A stretch of DNA of 22,391 nt, taken from positions 1 to 22,391 of the forward strand of contig JAWCLA010000009.1 in the NCBI GenBank assembly GCA_039091855.1. The letters are read 5' to 3'. Position 1 is the first letter of the stretch, and each line of letters opens with the position of its first letter. The notes below the pieces were generated by a model that saw only the letters and a program-made list of their open reading frames with translations, searched no databases and was not told where the DNA came from. This stretch comes from Candidatus Aenigmatarchaeota archaeon. Its GTDB lineage: Archaea > Aenigmatarchaeota > Aenigmatarchaeia > QMZP01. Of this stretch, positions 1 through 9,193 are shown one piece after another. The translations under genes and the position numbers were made by a program.

Positions 1-1
1 G

Positions 2-1084
2 TTGAAAAAAATACCATCAGCTTGCCTTTTTGCCTTTCTTTTTGCATTCGGTTTTTTGTCTTCCACAGCATTGGCAGGAAAGGCGCAACTTTCTTGGGAA
101 CCACCGACAACCAATGCCGACGGTACGCCTTTGACTGACCTTGCGGGATACAAGGTTTATTACGGGACATCAAAGCGCGTGTCAACGTGTCCAAACGAGA
201 CTCACGGCTACTCTAATGTAGTAAATGTAGGGAATGTAACTACATACAAGATTAACAACCTGCCTGACGGCTTCACTTATTATTTTTCTGTTACAGCTTA
301 TGACACATCAGGAAACGAGGGTTGCTTTTCAGAAGAGGTGAACAAGACAATACCCATTTACTTCACAAAAACGCCTTTTACAATAAATTTAGATGGTGTT
401 GTTTCTGAACAGATATGGAACCATTCATTTTCAGCGTTCTCAAAACCTTTGCTTACGGACAACACGGTTAAAGTGTATTCGCTTTGGGATGAGCAAAAAC
501 TTTATTTCGGATTTGAAGTGACTGACAATTCCATAGAAACTGTACAATCATCACGAGATTCCAACGTGATGGATGATGACAGTGTCGAGATTCTTATAGA
601 TACCCTTAATGACGGTTCTCAATCAATGCAGAATGATGATTACAGGTTTGTAATAAGCGCAAACGGCGTGGTTTGGGACGGAAGGGGAAATGGTATTCCC
701 GGGAATTCTGGAGATTCCTCTTGGAACAGTCAGGTTTCAGTAAATTCGAGAAGAGAGGGTGGAAAATACACCATAGAGGTTGCAATACCGCTTTCTGACA
801 TTGGGATGGTTTCTTCTTATGGAAAAATCGTGGGATTGTTTTTTGCAGTTAATGACAGGGACAGCGGAAGCCTGAGGCGACTGTATATGAATGAAACTGC
901 AGATTTAAACACCCCGAAAAACTGGGCAAAGTCCATACTTATGCACAGGTCTGATGAGAACAGGAACTCCTGCATAGAAATGACGGAGCTTTTGTCTTTC
1001 ATAGGTTTTTGGCAGTCTGATTCAACAGCTTATCCCATAAAAGAGCTTATGGAAACTATAGGGTTTTGGAAAAAGGGATGCTAA
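2..1084 (+). CDS. Secreted fibronectin type III + CBM9/DOMON-like sugar-binding domain protein
   Basis: Signal peptide (MKKIPS...STALA). FN3 motif LSW..P..N.DG..L.DLAGYKVYYG...YYF.V.AYD..GNE. CBM9-like LDG...E..W, LWD...LYF...V.D, DD.VEI.ID, Y..E.AIP. TTG start at the window edge, so the true start is uncertain. Confidence 0.8.
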   Translation: MKKIPSACLFAFLFAFGFLSSTALAGKAQLSWEPPTTNADGTPLTDLAGYKVYYGTSKRVSTCPNETHGYSNVVNVGNVTTYKINNLPDGFTYYFSVTAYDTSGNEGCFSEEVNKTIPIYFTKTPFTINLDGVVSEQIWNHSFSAFSKPLLTDNTVKVYSLWDEQKLYFGFEVTDNSIETVQSSRDSNVMDDDSVEILIDTLNDGSQSMQNDDYRFVISANGVVWDGRGNGIPGNSGDSSWNSQVSVNSRREGGKYTIEVAIPLSDIGMVSSYGKIVGLFFAVNDRDSGSLRRLYMNETADLNTPKNWAKSILMHRSDENRNSCIEMTELLSFIGFWQSDSTAYPIKELMETIGFWKKGC

Positions 1085-1266
1085 TCACATCTTTTGATTT
1101 TGCGGCCCTGCTCTGTAGAAACTATGTACTTGACCGAACCCATAAAATCCATTAGTAGTTCATCACGCTGTTAACACTTTCTAACAATTTCCTGCTGACA
1201 TCCAGAATAAGCTCAAAAGCTCATTTGCGTGTTGCACTAATAAGCTGGGAGCTGTTTGTATGTTTT

Positions 1267-1818
1267 CTACAAGGCAGATTTTGCTAAAATATTGACAAGC
1301 CTGACAAGTTCAGGATCCCTTATTTTTGATATTGCCCTTTTGTCCCAGAACCCTTCAAGGGGTTTTTTATGGTTTCCTTTTTTGTGATAGTCAATAGCCT
1401 GAATTATAGTCGCGACCTTGTCAATGTCCTTCACGAACCTTGATTCAGGAGTTTCCTGCCCAACAAATTCCTCCCATATCCTTAGAATTTCCTTGTTGCC
1501 TGAAAGGTTGGAGATTTTTTGCATAGCCGTCCTTTCCTTTTCGTGCTTTTCCTTATCCCACATAGTTCCTCCTTCCTCCCAACTGTTCTTTGAAATTATG
1601 TCGCCTGTAATTGCCTCCGGAAGATCGTGAACTAAAGCCATTTTAAGTGCCTTTTCCAAATCTATTTTCCTGCCTTTGGAAAAAACCAGCGTCAAAACAG
1701 CAACAAGAAAGGTATGCTCGGCCGAGCTTTCGGGGTTCTTGACCCCTCTTTCTGTCCAACCTGCCCTTTTGATGCCTTTCAGACTAAGGCATATATCCAG
1801 GAATTTTTGAATGTTCAT
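1267..1818 (-). CDS. HD-domain phosphohydrolase (YfbR/HDDC2-like 5'-deoxynucleotidase family)
   Basis: LK.IKRAGW...ES.AEH, ALVHDLPEAITGD, W.EF, DIDK motifs. Start moved to ATG 1818, preceded by GAGGT RBS. Confidence 0.88.
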   Translation of the reverse strand: MNIQKFLDICLSLKGIKRAGWTERGVKNPESSAEHTFLVAVLTLVFSKGRKIDLEKALKMALVHDLPEAITGDIISKNSWEEGGTMWDKEKHEKERTAMQKISNLSGNKEILRIWEEFVGQETPESRFVKDIDKVATIIQAIDYHKKGNHKKPLEGFWDKRAISKIRDPELVRLVNILAKSAL

Positions 1819-1829
1819 CAAAACCTCAT

Positions 1830-2300
1830 TCAATACTTTACCATATATTTGTCTATCTCCTGAAGGAAGAAGCACAAAAGAATTATTGCAAAATATATAA
1901 GAAGCCCTATTCCGCTTGATGTTATTATGTCATATCCGCCCCAGCTAAGCTTGAAGTTTATCCCGAACTGCATCCCTGTTATAGGATAAAACAGGGCAAC
2001 AGTCCCCTCTGAAAAAAGGTCAAGGATGGTGTGCGAAAACAGGAAAAGCAGCAAACACATCGAAGCCTGCCTTTCAGTCTCGCCTCCCCAGGTGTATGTT
2101 ATCGAAAGAATTGTGAAAGGGACTGCCAACGTGAAGAAAAGGTTGTGGAACATTGCACCCGGAAGTCCCATCCAATGGTCAATGTCTATTAGGACCGCTG
2201 AAAAAGCCATTGCCAAGACAGCTGGAACCCCGTGCTTCATGTGTATCCTTGCAGCAAGCGCTGCTATCAGGGGAAATACGAAATGGAACAGCGAATCCAT
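1830..2300 (-). CDS. Membrane-bound metal-dependent hydrolase (YdjM/DUF457-like)
   Basis: N-terminal H, LIDIDH, FHNL, SHTILD and LFYP motifs with several hydrophobic helices. Confidence 0.75.
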   Translation of the reverse strand: MDSLFHFVFPLIAALAARIHMKHGVPAVLAMAFSAVLIDIDHWMGLPGAMFHNLFFTLAVPFTILSITYTWGGETERQASMCLLLFLFSHTILDLFSEGTVALFYPITGMQFGINFKLSWGGYDIITSSGIGLLIYFAIILLCFFLQEIDKYMVKY

Positions 2301-2447
2301 AATATAATGTTGGTTTTGGGTATTAAAATATCGGTCGTGGTCCTGTCAAACCAAATTATGTTTTTCCGGCAGGAATTAGTCCTTTGAATTGGTTTTACAA
2401 ACACTTCAAACAATATATTATTGTAATCTGGAATTAAATGAAATCTT

Positions 2448-2955
2448 ATGAAAGTAATTGGAATAGACCTAGCAGGGAAGGAATCAAACCCAACAGGGCT
2501 TTGCATCCTTTCTCCGGAAAAAACAGAAACTTTGGAGATTTTTTCTGACATGAAGATTTTTGAGAAGGTTGAGATTGAGAGGCTTGATTTGATAGCGATA
2601 GGTGCCCCTTTTGGTTTTCCAACATCTGGGTGGTATGGGGATTCCGACAGGAAGCTTATGGAAATCGGACTGAAGCCACTCCCTCCGAAATTTCCTGGAA
2701 TGAAGCATCTTGTTTTCAGGGCAATGAGAATAGTGAAGGCCTTGCGCTCACAAGGATTCAATGTCATAGAGGTTTTTCCAAGGGCAACTGAAAAAATCCT
2801 GAAAACCGAAGGGAAAAAGAGCCATTGCTATGATGCCAGAAAAGAACGACGACCTGATCAATTGGTCAAAGTCGTCTATCGAGTTTGCGCTTTGACAGGA
2901 AAGCTCTATTGAAGGTAAGTTCAAGCTTATAGGAAATGAGATAGTCATTCCTTAG
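2448..2955 (+). pseudogene. DUF429-family RNase H-fold nuclease, probably decayed (insertion + frameshift)
   Basis: IGIDLAG, AIGAP (family usually AIDAP), IEVFP, H..DA motifs. Palindromic insert at ~2838-2882. Frame stops at TGA 2910-2912 while a family-like tail EGKFKLIGNEIVIP* continues in another frame at 2911-2955. Confidence 0.65.
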
Positions 2956-5140
2956 ATTTGAGCTTGTTTTTTGCAAGCCTAAAAGCCGCCCGAATGTTAT
3001 CCCTGCTTATCCCCTCTGACTCAAGTGCCTTTCTTATCTCCCTTTCAGAAGTTCCTGCCTCCATCTCCTCTGCTATTATTCCAGCAAGCCTGTTTATCGC
3101 GCCCTCGCGAGATTTTTTGCCTTTTGGCCCCTTTCCCTTTCCGACTTCCTTTTGTGAAGAGGCAGGTTTGCGTTTCCTTCTGGAAAGGAGTTTTTTGGCT
3201 ATGTAAACTAAAACCAAAGAAAATGCTACCCAAGCCAGAAATTCAGGTCCTGGAAATTCAGGGATTGATATTTTCAAACTGACAGGCTTGTATCTCTTGG
3301 ACAGCAGTTCATCGGCTTCCACATAAACAGCAAGCCCCGATATTCCAGGAACAGCATCAGGAGGGACATCAAACTCGGCAGTGAAGTTCGCTCCCTGCCC
3401 AGGCAGGATTTCCTTTATTTTTTGCGGTGAAACCCTTAGGCTGAAAGGACCGCAGAAGCTTGGAACAATGTTGTGAAAGGTTATGTTTCCTTTGTTTTTA
3501 ACCTCAACTGTGAATCTGGATGTTCTTCCCTGTTCCGCACTTATCGAGTCTGGGACAGAAATGGAAATTGGAGCAGAAATTTCGTCCAGTTCAAATGTCT
3601 TTGCCATTATTCCTGTCCCGCAGAAAATCACGCAGTTGCCGTTGCTGTCAATTCTTTCATTTGGGTTGCTGCAGCATCCTCCATCCACACCCTTTGCGTT
3701 CGGGCAGGGCAACACCCAGTATTCCTTCTCGTCATCACCACAACACATCTTGTTTTGAAAAGACCAGTTTGCAGAGCAGTTCCAACAGTATGTCCAGTGC
3801 ATATCAGGATCCAGGTAGTCAGGCTCGCAGTTGGTTCCATAGCAGGAGAAGTCCTTGAACCTACAACCAGGACACGGCAACTCACAATTGTCCTTTTTGT
3901 TGCAGGCACCCTTATAACATGCCGTCTGATTTGTGGACTTTTCCTCCCACACGCCTCCCTCGCAGGTTATGTTTATCTTTCCTATCTGGATTTTTTCTCC
4001 CGTTTCATAGCAAGTTCCATTGTAAACACAGGAGCCACCGTTGTTGCAGCATGCCCTGTCTGCCCTGTTTGTTTGGCAACCTGAAAAGCAAATCCTGCTG
4101 TTGTAGAACTCGTTCTTGTCATCTCCGCAACAGGCAGAGTTTTTCCATACAAAGCCACAAGCAGAGCAAAGGCTTGGGTTTTCGTCACAATCGTGCCAAA
4201 GTCCTGAAAGGCAGAAGGCATACCTGTCCTCATCCTCTTTTAGTAAGTGAACGCCATAGGAATAGCAGTTTCCTGAATAAACACACTCTCCCCTGTCTCC
4301 ACAACAGGCACTTTGCTGCGGGCATTCCCAACTAATTTGGGTGGTCTTTGCGCACTTCTTGAAGAACTCTCCGGAGTCATCACCACAACAATATTCGGCA
4401 GCAAAACTTTGTGGTGTGTCAAAAAAGCACTCAGGAGCGGAGCAATATTTCGCGCTTGTGCAACTTCCTTCGCAAACTCCTTTGCCGAGCTCGCAATTAT
4501 CAATAGCACAAGTTGGGCACATCTCATTGTCCCCGCCAACCCCCCTCGGCTGCTCGCTTACGTCAACATTCAGTAAAAAAACCCCTTTCTTTTCCGATGA
4601 TGCCCAAATGCCAAAGGTGAATCTGTAAAAGCCCACCGCTTTGTATGTCTTTATCCTCAAGCTGAAATCCTGTGACCTTTCATTCTCTATTGTTTTTTGA
4701 GTGGAAGGTGTTATGTTAAGACCGAAATCACAGTCAGGGCAACCCTCAAGGTCGCAGTCAGGATCGCATGAAAGCAAATTTATTTTAACGTCAGTGAACT
4801 TGCCTGTCCATCCTTTGTTATAGCACAACGGAAGCCCTTGATAATTTTTGTTCTCATAACAAAACTGCTCGCCGGGATTGCAGTCAGGCGGGTAAAGGAT
4901 TTTCCTGTTCTTTACTGTCAGGTTCAATTCAACAAAATCGGCTCCTGTAATGGGCTTATAAATGGTCAGGTAGAACGGGTCAGGACATCCTGTGCGAGGG
5001 TTGGATTCGGGGTTTGTATCAAAGCAGGTCTGGGCACCAACATTTTGAATAATTAAAAATGCAAAAATCGCGGCAAAAGCCAAACATTTACGGATTAAAA
5101 AACATCCCTCTTCCGATGTGCGATATCTGAAAAACACCAT
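2945..5140 (-). CDS. Large Cys-rich membrane-anchored surface protein (CCGDD repeats, Ig-like CARDB/NEW3-type domain, C-terminal TM)
   Basis: ~730 aa ORF with a signal-like hydrophobic stretch (CLAFAAIFAFLIIQNVGA), three CCGDD motifs, V.N.G...I.PG....F Ig-like segment, and TM FLAWVAFSLVLVYIA followed by a basic tail. Start uncertain. Confidence 0.75.
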   Translation of the reverse strand: MVFFRYRTSEEGCFLIRKCLAFAAIFAFLIIQNVGAQTCFDTNPESNPRTGCPDPFYLTIYKPITGADFVELNLTVKNRKILYPPDCNPGEQFCYENKNYQGLPLCYNKGWTGKFTDVKINLLSCDPDCDLEGCPDCDFGLNITPSTQKTIENERSQDFSLRIKTYKAVGFYRFTFGIWASSEKKGVFLLNVDVSEQPRGVGGDNEMCPTCAIDNCELGKGVCEGSCTSAKYCSAPECFFDTPQSFAAEYCCGDDSGEFFKKCAKTTQISWECPQQSACCGDRGECVYSGNCYSYGVHLLKEDEDRYAFCLSGLWHDCDENPSLCSACGFVWKNSACCGDDKNEFYNSRICFSGCQTNRADRACCNNGGSCVYNGTCYETGEKIQIGKINITCEGGVWEEKSTNQTACYKGACNKKDNCELPCPGCRFKDFSCYGTNCEPDYLDPDMHWTYCWNCSANWSFQNKMCCGDDEKEYWVLPCPNAKGVDGGCCSNPNERIDSNGNCVIFCGTGIMAKTFELDEISAPISISVPDSISAEQGRTSRFTVEVKNKGNITFHNIVPSFCGPFSLRVSPQKIKEILPGQGANFTAEFDVPPDAVPGISGLAVYVEADELLSKRYKPVSLKISIPEFPGPEFLAWVAFSLVLVYIAKKLLSRRKRKPASSQKEVGKGKGPKGKKSREGAINRLAGIIAEEMEAGTSEREIRKALESEGISRDNIRAAFRLAKNKLKSKE

Positions 5141-5206
5141 AATAATATTTTGTATCCTTATTATATAATTCCAAATGATTTTAACCAACCATTCCATAAA
5201 ATCTAT

Positions 5207-6013
5207 ATGAGCCAGTTAAAATTTGTCACGAACGAGCCTGCGATTGTTTTCTGCAGGACGCTTTTCATAGCGGATTTGCACATAGGAATAGAGAATGAAT
5301 ACAGGGTTTCGGGGCTGAACATACCATCGCAAACGGAAAAAATCCTTTCAAGGATAGAATCCCTTCTCAAGAAATCACGGGCAAAAAATCTTGTATTGAT
5401 AGGGGACATAAAGCACAGGGTGCCTGGAACGAGCTGGCAGGAGGAAAAAGAGATTCCTGTTTTCCTATCAAGACTTTCTGAGAAAGCAGATATTAATATT
5501 GTCCCCGGAAACCACGATGGTGGAATAGCGGAGTTTCTCCCAAAGGGTGTTAAGATTTACGATATGGAAGGCTTTTTGTTTGGTGATGTTTATGCCTGCC
5601 ACGGTCACGCGTGGCCTGAAAGGTCATTTCTAGATGCAAAATACCTGCTGATAAGCCACAGCCATCCTCAAATAGAGTTCAAGGACAGCCTTGGATACAG
5701 GTGGGGAGAAAGGGTGTGGGTAAGGACAAATCTTAACCCGAAAATAATTTCTGAAAAATACAAAATCACGAAGCTTCCAAAACCACTGCCAGAATTGATA
5801 ATAATGCCTGCATTCAATCCACTTTGCGGCGGAATTCCTGTGAATAAAAAAATTGAGGAAAACAAGGATGCTGTCCAGGAGAGGCAGATAAGCCCTTTAA
5901 TAAACTCAGCCTTTATGAGCAAAGCGAGAATCTATATGCTGGACGGGACGTATCTCGGTGAGTTGCGCAAGTTGAAAAATCAAGGCATCACTTCTCCCTC
6001 ACAAAAAACATAA
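5207..6013 (+). CDS. Calcineurin-like metallophosphoesterase (archaeal ICC-like)
   Basis: ADLHIG, GDIKH, GNHD, HGH, SHSHP, MPAFN motifs. Confidence 0.9.
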   Translation: MSQLKFVTNEPAIVFCRTLFIADLHIGIENEYRVSGLNIPSQTEKILSRIESLLKKSRAKNLVLIGDIKHRVPGTSWQEEKEIPVFLSRLSEKADINIVPGNHDGGIAEFLPKGVKIYDMEGFLFGDVYACHGHAWPERSFLDAKYLLISHSHPQIEFKDSLGYRWGERVWVRTNLNPKIISEKYKITKLPKPLPELIIMPAFNPLCGGIPVNKKIEENKDAVQERQISPLINSAFMSKARIYMLDGTYLGELRKLKNQGITSPSQKT

Positions 6014-7136
6014 GCAAAAAAGCTATAACAGTGAGGAAAAGAGAGAAATAAAGCGGCACGAAAAGTCCCATGGTATCCCACATAACACCTGCTATCAGCG
6101 AGGCGGGAAGCGCCGTAAGGCCAACAACCATCTGGAACGCTCCAAGCGTGCTTGCCCTGTATTTTTCAGGCGCGAGCTCTGAAACAAGCGTTTTCTGAAC
6201 GGGCTCGAGGGCTCCTCTGTGAAGTCCGTAAAGGACAAAAACCAACACAACTGCAAAATATGCCTGCACGAGTATGAATGTCAGGCACAGCAATCCCCAA
6301 AATCCAAATGCTGCCATAAGAACCGGTTTTCTCCCTATCCTGTCAGAGAGCTTTCCAAATGGTATTGAGAAAAGGAAAGCCACGGCTGTGAAAATAAGGT
6401 AAAGGACTGGAATGAATCCGACATCAAACCCGAACTCCTTGGCGTATATCAACAGGAATGAATAGCTGAACGAGCCAAGGGCGAAAATACCGCTCAACAA
6501 AAAGAAAAGCCAGAGATTCCTGTCAAAGTCCCTGAATGACACGCCCTTGTAGATTTTATGGCTTTCAGCCTTCCTTTCCCTTATAAGAAAGATTATAAGG
6601 ATAACCGCGATTATTGAGGGTATGGAGGCAAGAAGAAAAATGTTCTGATATCCAAGAAGCCCGAAAAGCAGTATTGTTAAAACTATTCCTGTCACCGCAC
6701 CGAGATTGTCCATTGCCCTCAAGACGCCGAAGTTTCTTCCCCTGTCCTTTTTTGTTGAGACATCCGCTATTATTGCATCTCTTGGTGCGCCCCTCATCTT
6801 TCCTGCCCTGTCAAGAACCCTGAAAGGCACTATGTGCTCCCAAGTTCTTGACAAAGCATAGCCGATTCTCGAAACCCCTCCGCAAAGATATCCTGTCCAT
6901 ATGAATATCTTTCTCTTCCTCGTCCTGTCAGATACATATCCTGAAGCTGCCTGGGAAACAGACACTATGGCATCACCAAGCCCGTCTATGAAGCCGATAA
7001 CTGCCATGTTCGCCTTCAAAACCGTGGCAAGAAAAAGCGGCCAAATCGGGTAAATCATGTCAGAGCCCATATCGTTAAGGAAGGAGGCGGCTGCAAAAAC
7101 CTTAACTGCCCTTTTTGGCTCATCCTTTGCTTTCAT
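5988..7136 (-). CDS. MFS transporter
   Basis: ~12 TM helices. Motif A (GYVSDRTRKRK, GKLSDRIGRK) and DRAGK..RGAPRDA. Confidence 0.93.
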   Translation of the reverse strand: MKAKDEPKRAVKVFAAASFLNDMGSDMIYPIWPLFLATVLKANMAVIGFIDGLGDAIVSVSQAASGYVSDRTRKRKIFIWTGYLCGGVSRIGYALSRTWEHIVPFRVLDRAGKMRGAPRDAIIADVSTKKDRGRNFGVLRAMDNLGAVTGIVLTILLFGLLGYQNIFLLASIPSIIAVILIIFLIRERKAESHKIYKGVSFRDFDRNLWLFFLLSGIFALGSFSYSFLLIYAKEFGFDVGFIPVLYLIFTAVAFLFSIPFGKLSDRIGRKPVLMAAFGFWGLLCLTFILVQAYFAVVLVFVLYGLHRGALEPVQKTLVSELAPEKYRASTLGAFQMVVGLTALPASLIAGVMWDTMGLFVPLYFSLFLTVIAFLLMFFVREK

Positions 7137-7500
7137 AAAAAGCCCTTATTGCCTCTTTCAGCATTCCCTTTGGGGGATATGGATACCGTCTTCCCTTGTA
7201 AAGATATACCCTGCATCCCATAAAGCATTCCTTCCTCACGAATTTTTTTGCCTTCTGCTCGGAGGAAAGTTTTTCGCATGCGACACACTTTCCCTTTGCC
7301 ACTTCGTCCTGAACATCTTTTTCATTTATTCTGACTGTTGGAGAGCCCCTGAAATGATATTTTGTTGCTTTTTGTTTAGTGTCTATTAGTATTTCCTCAA
7401 CTGTCGCCTTGATCCCGAGTTCTTTTAGAGTTTGCCTTACTATCTCTTTTGTCTTCACGCACCAGGGGCAGTCCATCAGGTAAAGAATCTGCACTTCCAT
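7120..7500 (-). CDS. Thioredoxin/glutaredoxin-like protein (DUF2703-like)
   Basis: CPWC motif, GSPTVRIN cis-Pro loop, CRVY. Start overlaps the upstream stop (TGATG). Confidence 0.75.
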   Translation of the reverse strand: MEVQILYLMDCPWCVKTKEIVRQTLKELGIKATVEEILIDTKQKATKYHFRGSPTVRINEKDVQDEVAKGKCVACEKLSSEQKAKKFVRKECFMGCRVYLYKGRRYPYPPKGMLKEAIRAFYESKG

Positions 7501-7850
7501 CAAATCGCCCTTATGAGCATACATTCAGGAGTGAGTTCTATGAAGTGCTTTGCCTGCCCGTCCCTGTATGAGTGGCACTGGTTTTCAGGAACGTTGTCAA
7601 CATCCTGCCTCGGGCTGTGGGCTATGTCGCAAACCCATTCCGGCTCAACGGGTATTGGGTCAAGGAGGCATGGCCCTTTACTCATATCCTCTCCCGAATC
7701 CCTGGCGTTTTTGCAGGAAGAGGTGCAAGCGTTGTAAGCCGCTGAGGGTATGTTGTTATGCACCTGATTTTTTGTGTTGTCGGTAACTGTTTGAACGCAG
7801 CCGCTGACAAAAATCAACCCGATTAGTAAAAAGAAAGCAAATTTTTTCAT
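7500..7850 (-). CDS. Small Cys-rich putative lipoprotein
   Basis: MKK + hydrophobic core + VSGC lipobox-like motif; six further Cys. Confidence 0.7.
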   Translation of the reverse strand: MKKFAFFLLIGLIFVSGCVQTVTDNTKNQVHNNIPSAAYNACTSSCKNARDSGEDMSKGPCLLDPIPVEPEWVCDIAHSPRQDVDNVPENQCHSYRDGQAKHFIELTPECMLIRAI

Positions 7851-7900
7851 ATTATTAAAGGTGTTTAAAGGGTTTATTAATGAAACTATAAAATTACAAT

Positions 7901-8215
7901 ATGGACAAGACTATGCATAATATTGCCAGCAAACTCGTCCCGTCCTATGATTTCATTTACAGCTTGTATGACCTTTCGCTCATTCTTGCGAGCAAAAAAT
8001 CAAGGGATTTTCTTGGCAAAGAGATTTGCAAAGAGAAAGTAATAACACTATATGACGTTTTTGACACAAGCCCGGAAAAGGTGTACGCATTTGTTTACAG
8101 GGTTTCGGGAAAGGGCGAAAGAGAATTCACTGTTAGAATAAAAAACAAGGGACATACACCTTTAAGACAAGGTTTGCTGATTTTGAGTACAAAAATGAAA
8201 TGTTCAGGGCGGTAA
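7901..8215 (+). CDS. Hypothetical protein
   Basis: 104 aa ORF downstream of an AT-rich divergent intergenic region. Confidence 0.5.
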   Translation: MDKTMHNIASKLVPSYDFIYSLYDLSLILASKKSRDFLGKEICKEKVITLYDVFDTSPEKVYAFVYRVSGKGEREFTVRIKNKGHTPLRQGLLILSTKMKCSGR

Positions 8216-8332
8216 AGGTTCTTGAGTTCAGAAAGGTAAGTGCAAAAAACACTCTGGAAATAGCAGAAACTGATGCTAGTCAGAAACAAAAATAAAAGGG
8301 GAGGGGAACAAAACTAACTCCCCAATAAACAT

Positions 8333-8638
8333 TTATCTTATTGACTTAACCCTTTCCACGCGTATCTTCTTTACTGTCGGTTTCCATACCTGCGATGGCA
8401 GCCAAGAAACCTTGCTCGACGCAGGAAGGCTCACCTTCTTCCTTGAGCCCTGGAACACGTGGATGGTGTAGGTTCCGTCTCTGTTTCTCCTTCCCCTTTC
8501 CCTCAATCTTATGTCTGTGAAGCCCCTGGTGGCTGCCTTTAGGGCTGCCTGCCTTGGCTGTCTGCCCGTAAAGATTGAGGTCTTCTTTCCGCTTTTCAGG
8601 ATATAGTATTTCTTTCCAGAAGACTTCTTTTTTGCCAT
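8333..8638 (-). CDS. Non-histone chromosomal protein MC1 family
   Basis: FTGRQPRQAALKAA.RG, IRLRE, HVF.G, W.P..V.KP.VKK signature; very basic; GAGGTG RBS. Confidence 0.9.
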   Translation of the reverse strand: MAKKKSSGKKYYILKSGKKTSIFTGRQPRQAALKAATRGFTDIRLRERGRRNRDGTYTIHVFQGSRKKVSLPASSKVSWLPSQVWKPTVKKIRVERVKSIR

Positions 8639-8724
8639 TTTTACACCTCACGTTTGATTTTTGATAGCGGCTGCCTTCTTAATTTATTGCAGCCAAAACT
8701 TTTGATATAATTATAGCACAAGGG

Positions 8725-8732
8725 TATATAAA
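8725..8732 (-). promoter_or_regulatory. TATA box for MC1 gene
   Basis: TTTATATA on the minus strand with an A-rich BRE-like stretch, ~90 bp upstream of the ATG. Confidence 0.5.
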
Positions 8733-8830
8733 TGTTTTAGACTGATGCTTGTTTTAAAGCCATTTGGAAAGTATGCTAATCCAATAAAGCTTGCAAATCA
8801 TATTTATTCATTAAAATACAAATTCTAAAT

Positions 8831-9193
8831 ATGGAAATTCCGTTTATATCGAACCTTTCCAACGTGGATGCCATAATATTGATAGGTGCAGCCATAGTTT
8901 TCCTTGTGATGGCATATATGGTATTCAAGCAGGTTATGAAGGCTGTGTTGATAGGAACAATATCAGCCGCAATACCAATAATTCTTTATCTTGTAGGTTT
9001 TGAGATAGAGCTAAGCCTGCAGACAATATTATGGTTCGGGCTTGCGGGTATAGCAACATATTTCGTTTACGATGTCATATCGGGTTGGATTACAATTATA
9101 AGAATTTTTACTTGGCCTTTTAGGTGGATTTTTAGGAGGAAAAAAGGCAGTCAAAAGAAGGGGGAAAAGCAAAAGGAAGAAAAGAAAAGTTAA
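8831..9193 (+). CDS. Small membrane protein
   Basis: Three or four hydrophobic helices and a Lys-rich tail. Confidence 0.75.
   Translation: MEIPFISNLSNVDAIILIGAAIVFLVMAYMVFKQVMKAVLIGTISAAIPIILYLVGFEIELSLQTILWFGLAGIATYFVYDVISGWITIIRIFTWPFRWIFRRKKGSQKKGEKQKEEKKS

Noticed and set aside
1267-1818. HD protein as the cognate alarmone hydrolase of the RelA/SpoT-like gene
   Set aside because: Motifs are YfbR/HDDC2-like rather than Mesh1/SpoT-like, and it lies ~8.5 kb away
3025-5056. Numerous overlapping short ORFs on the opposite strand or in alternative frames
   Set aside because: Shadows of the Cys-rich gene with no motifs or start signals; the same applies to antisense ORFs elsewhere in the track
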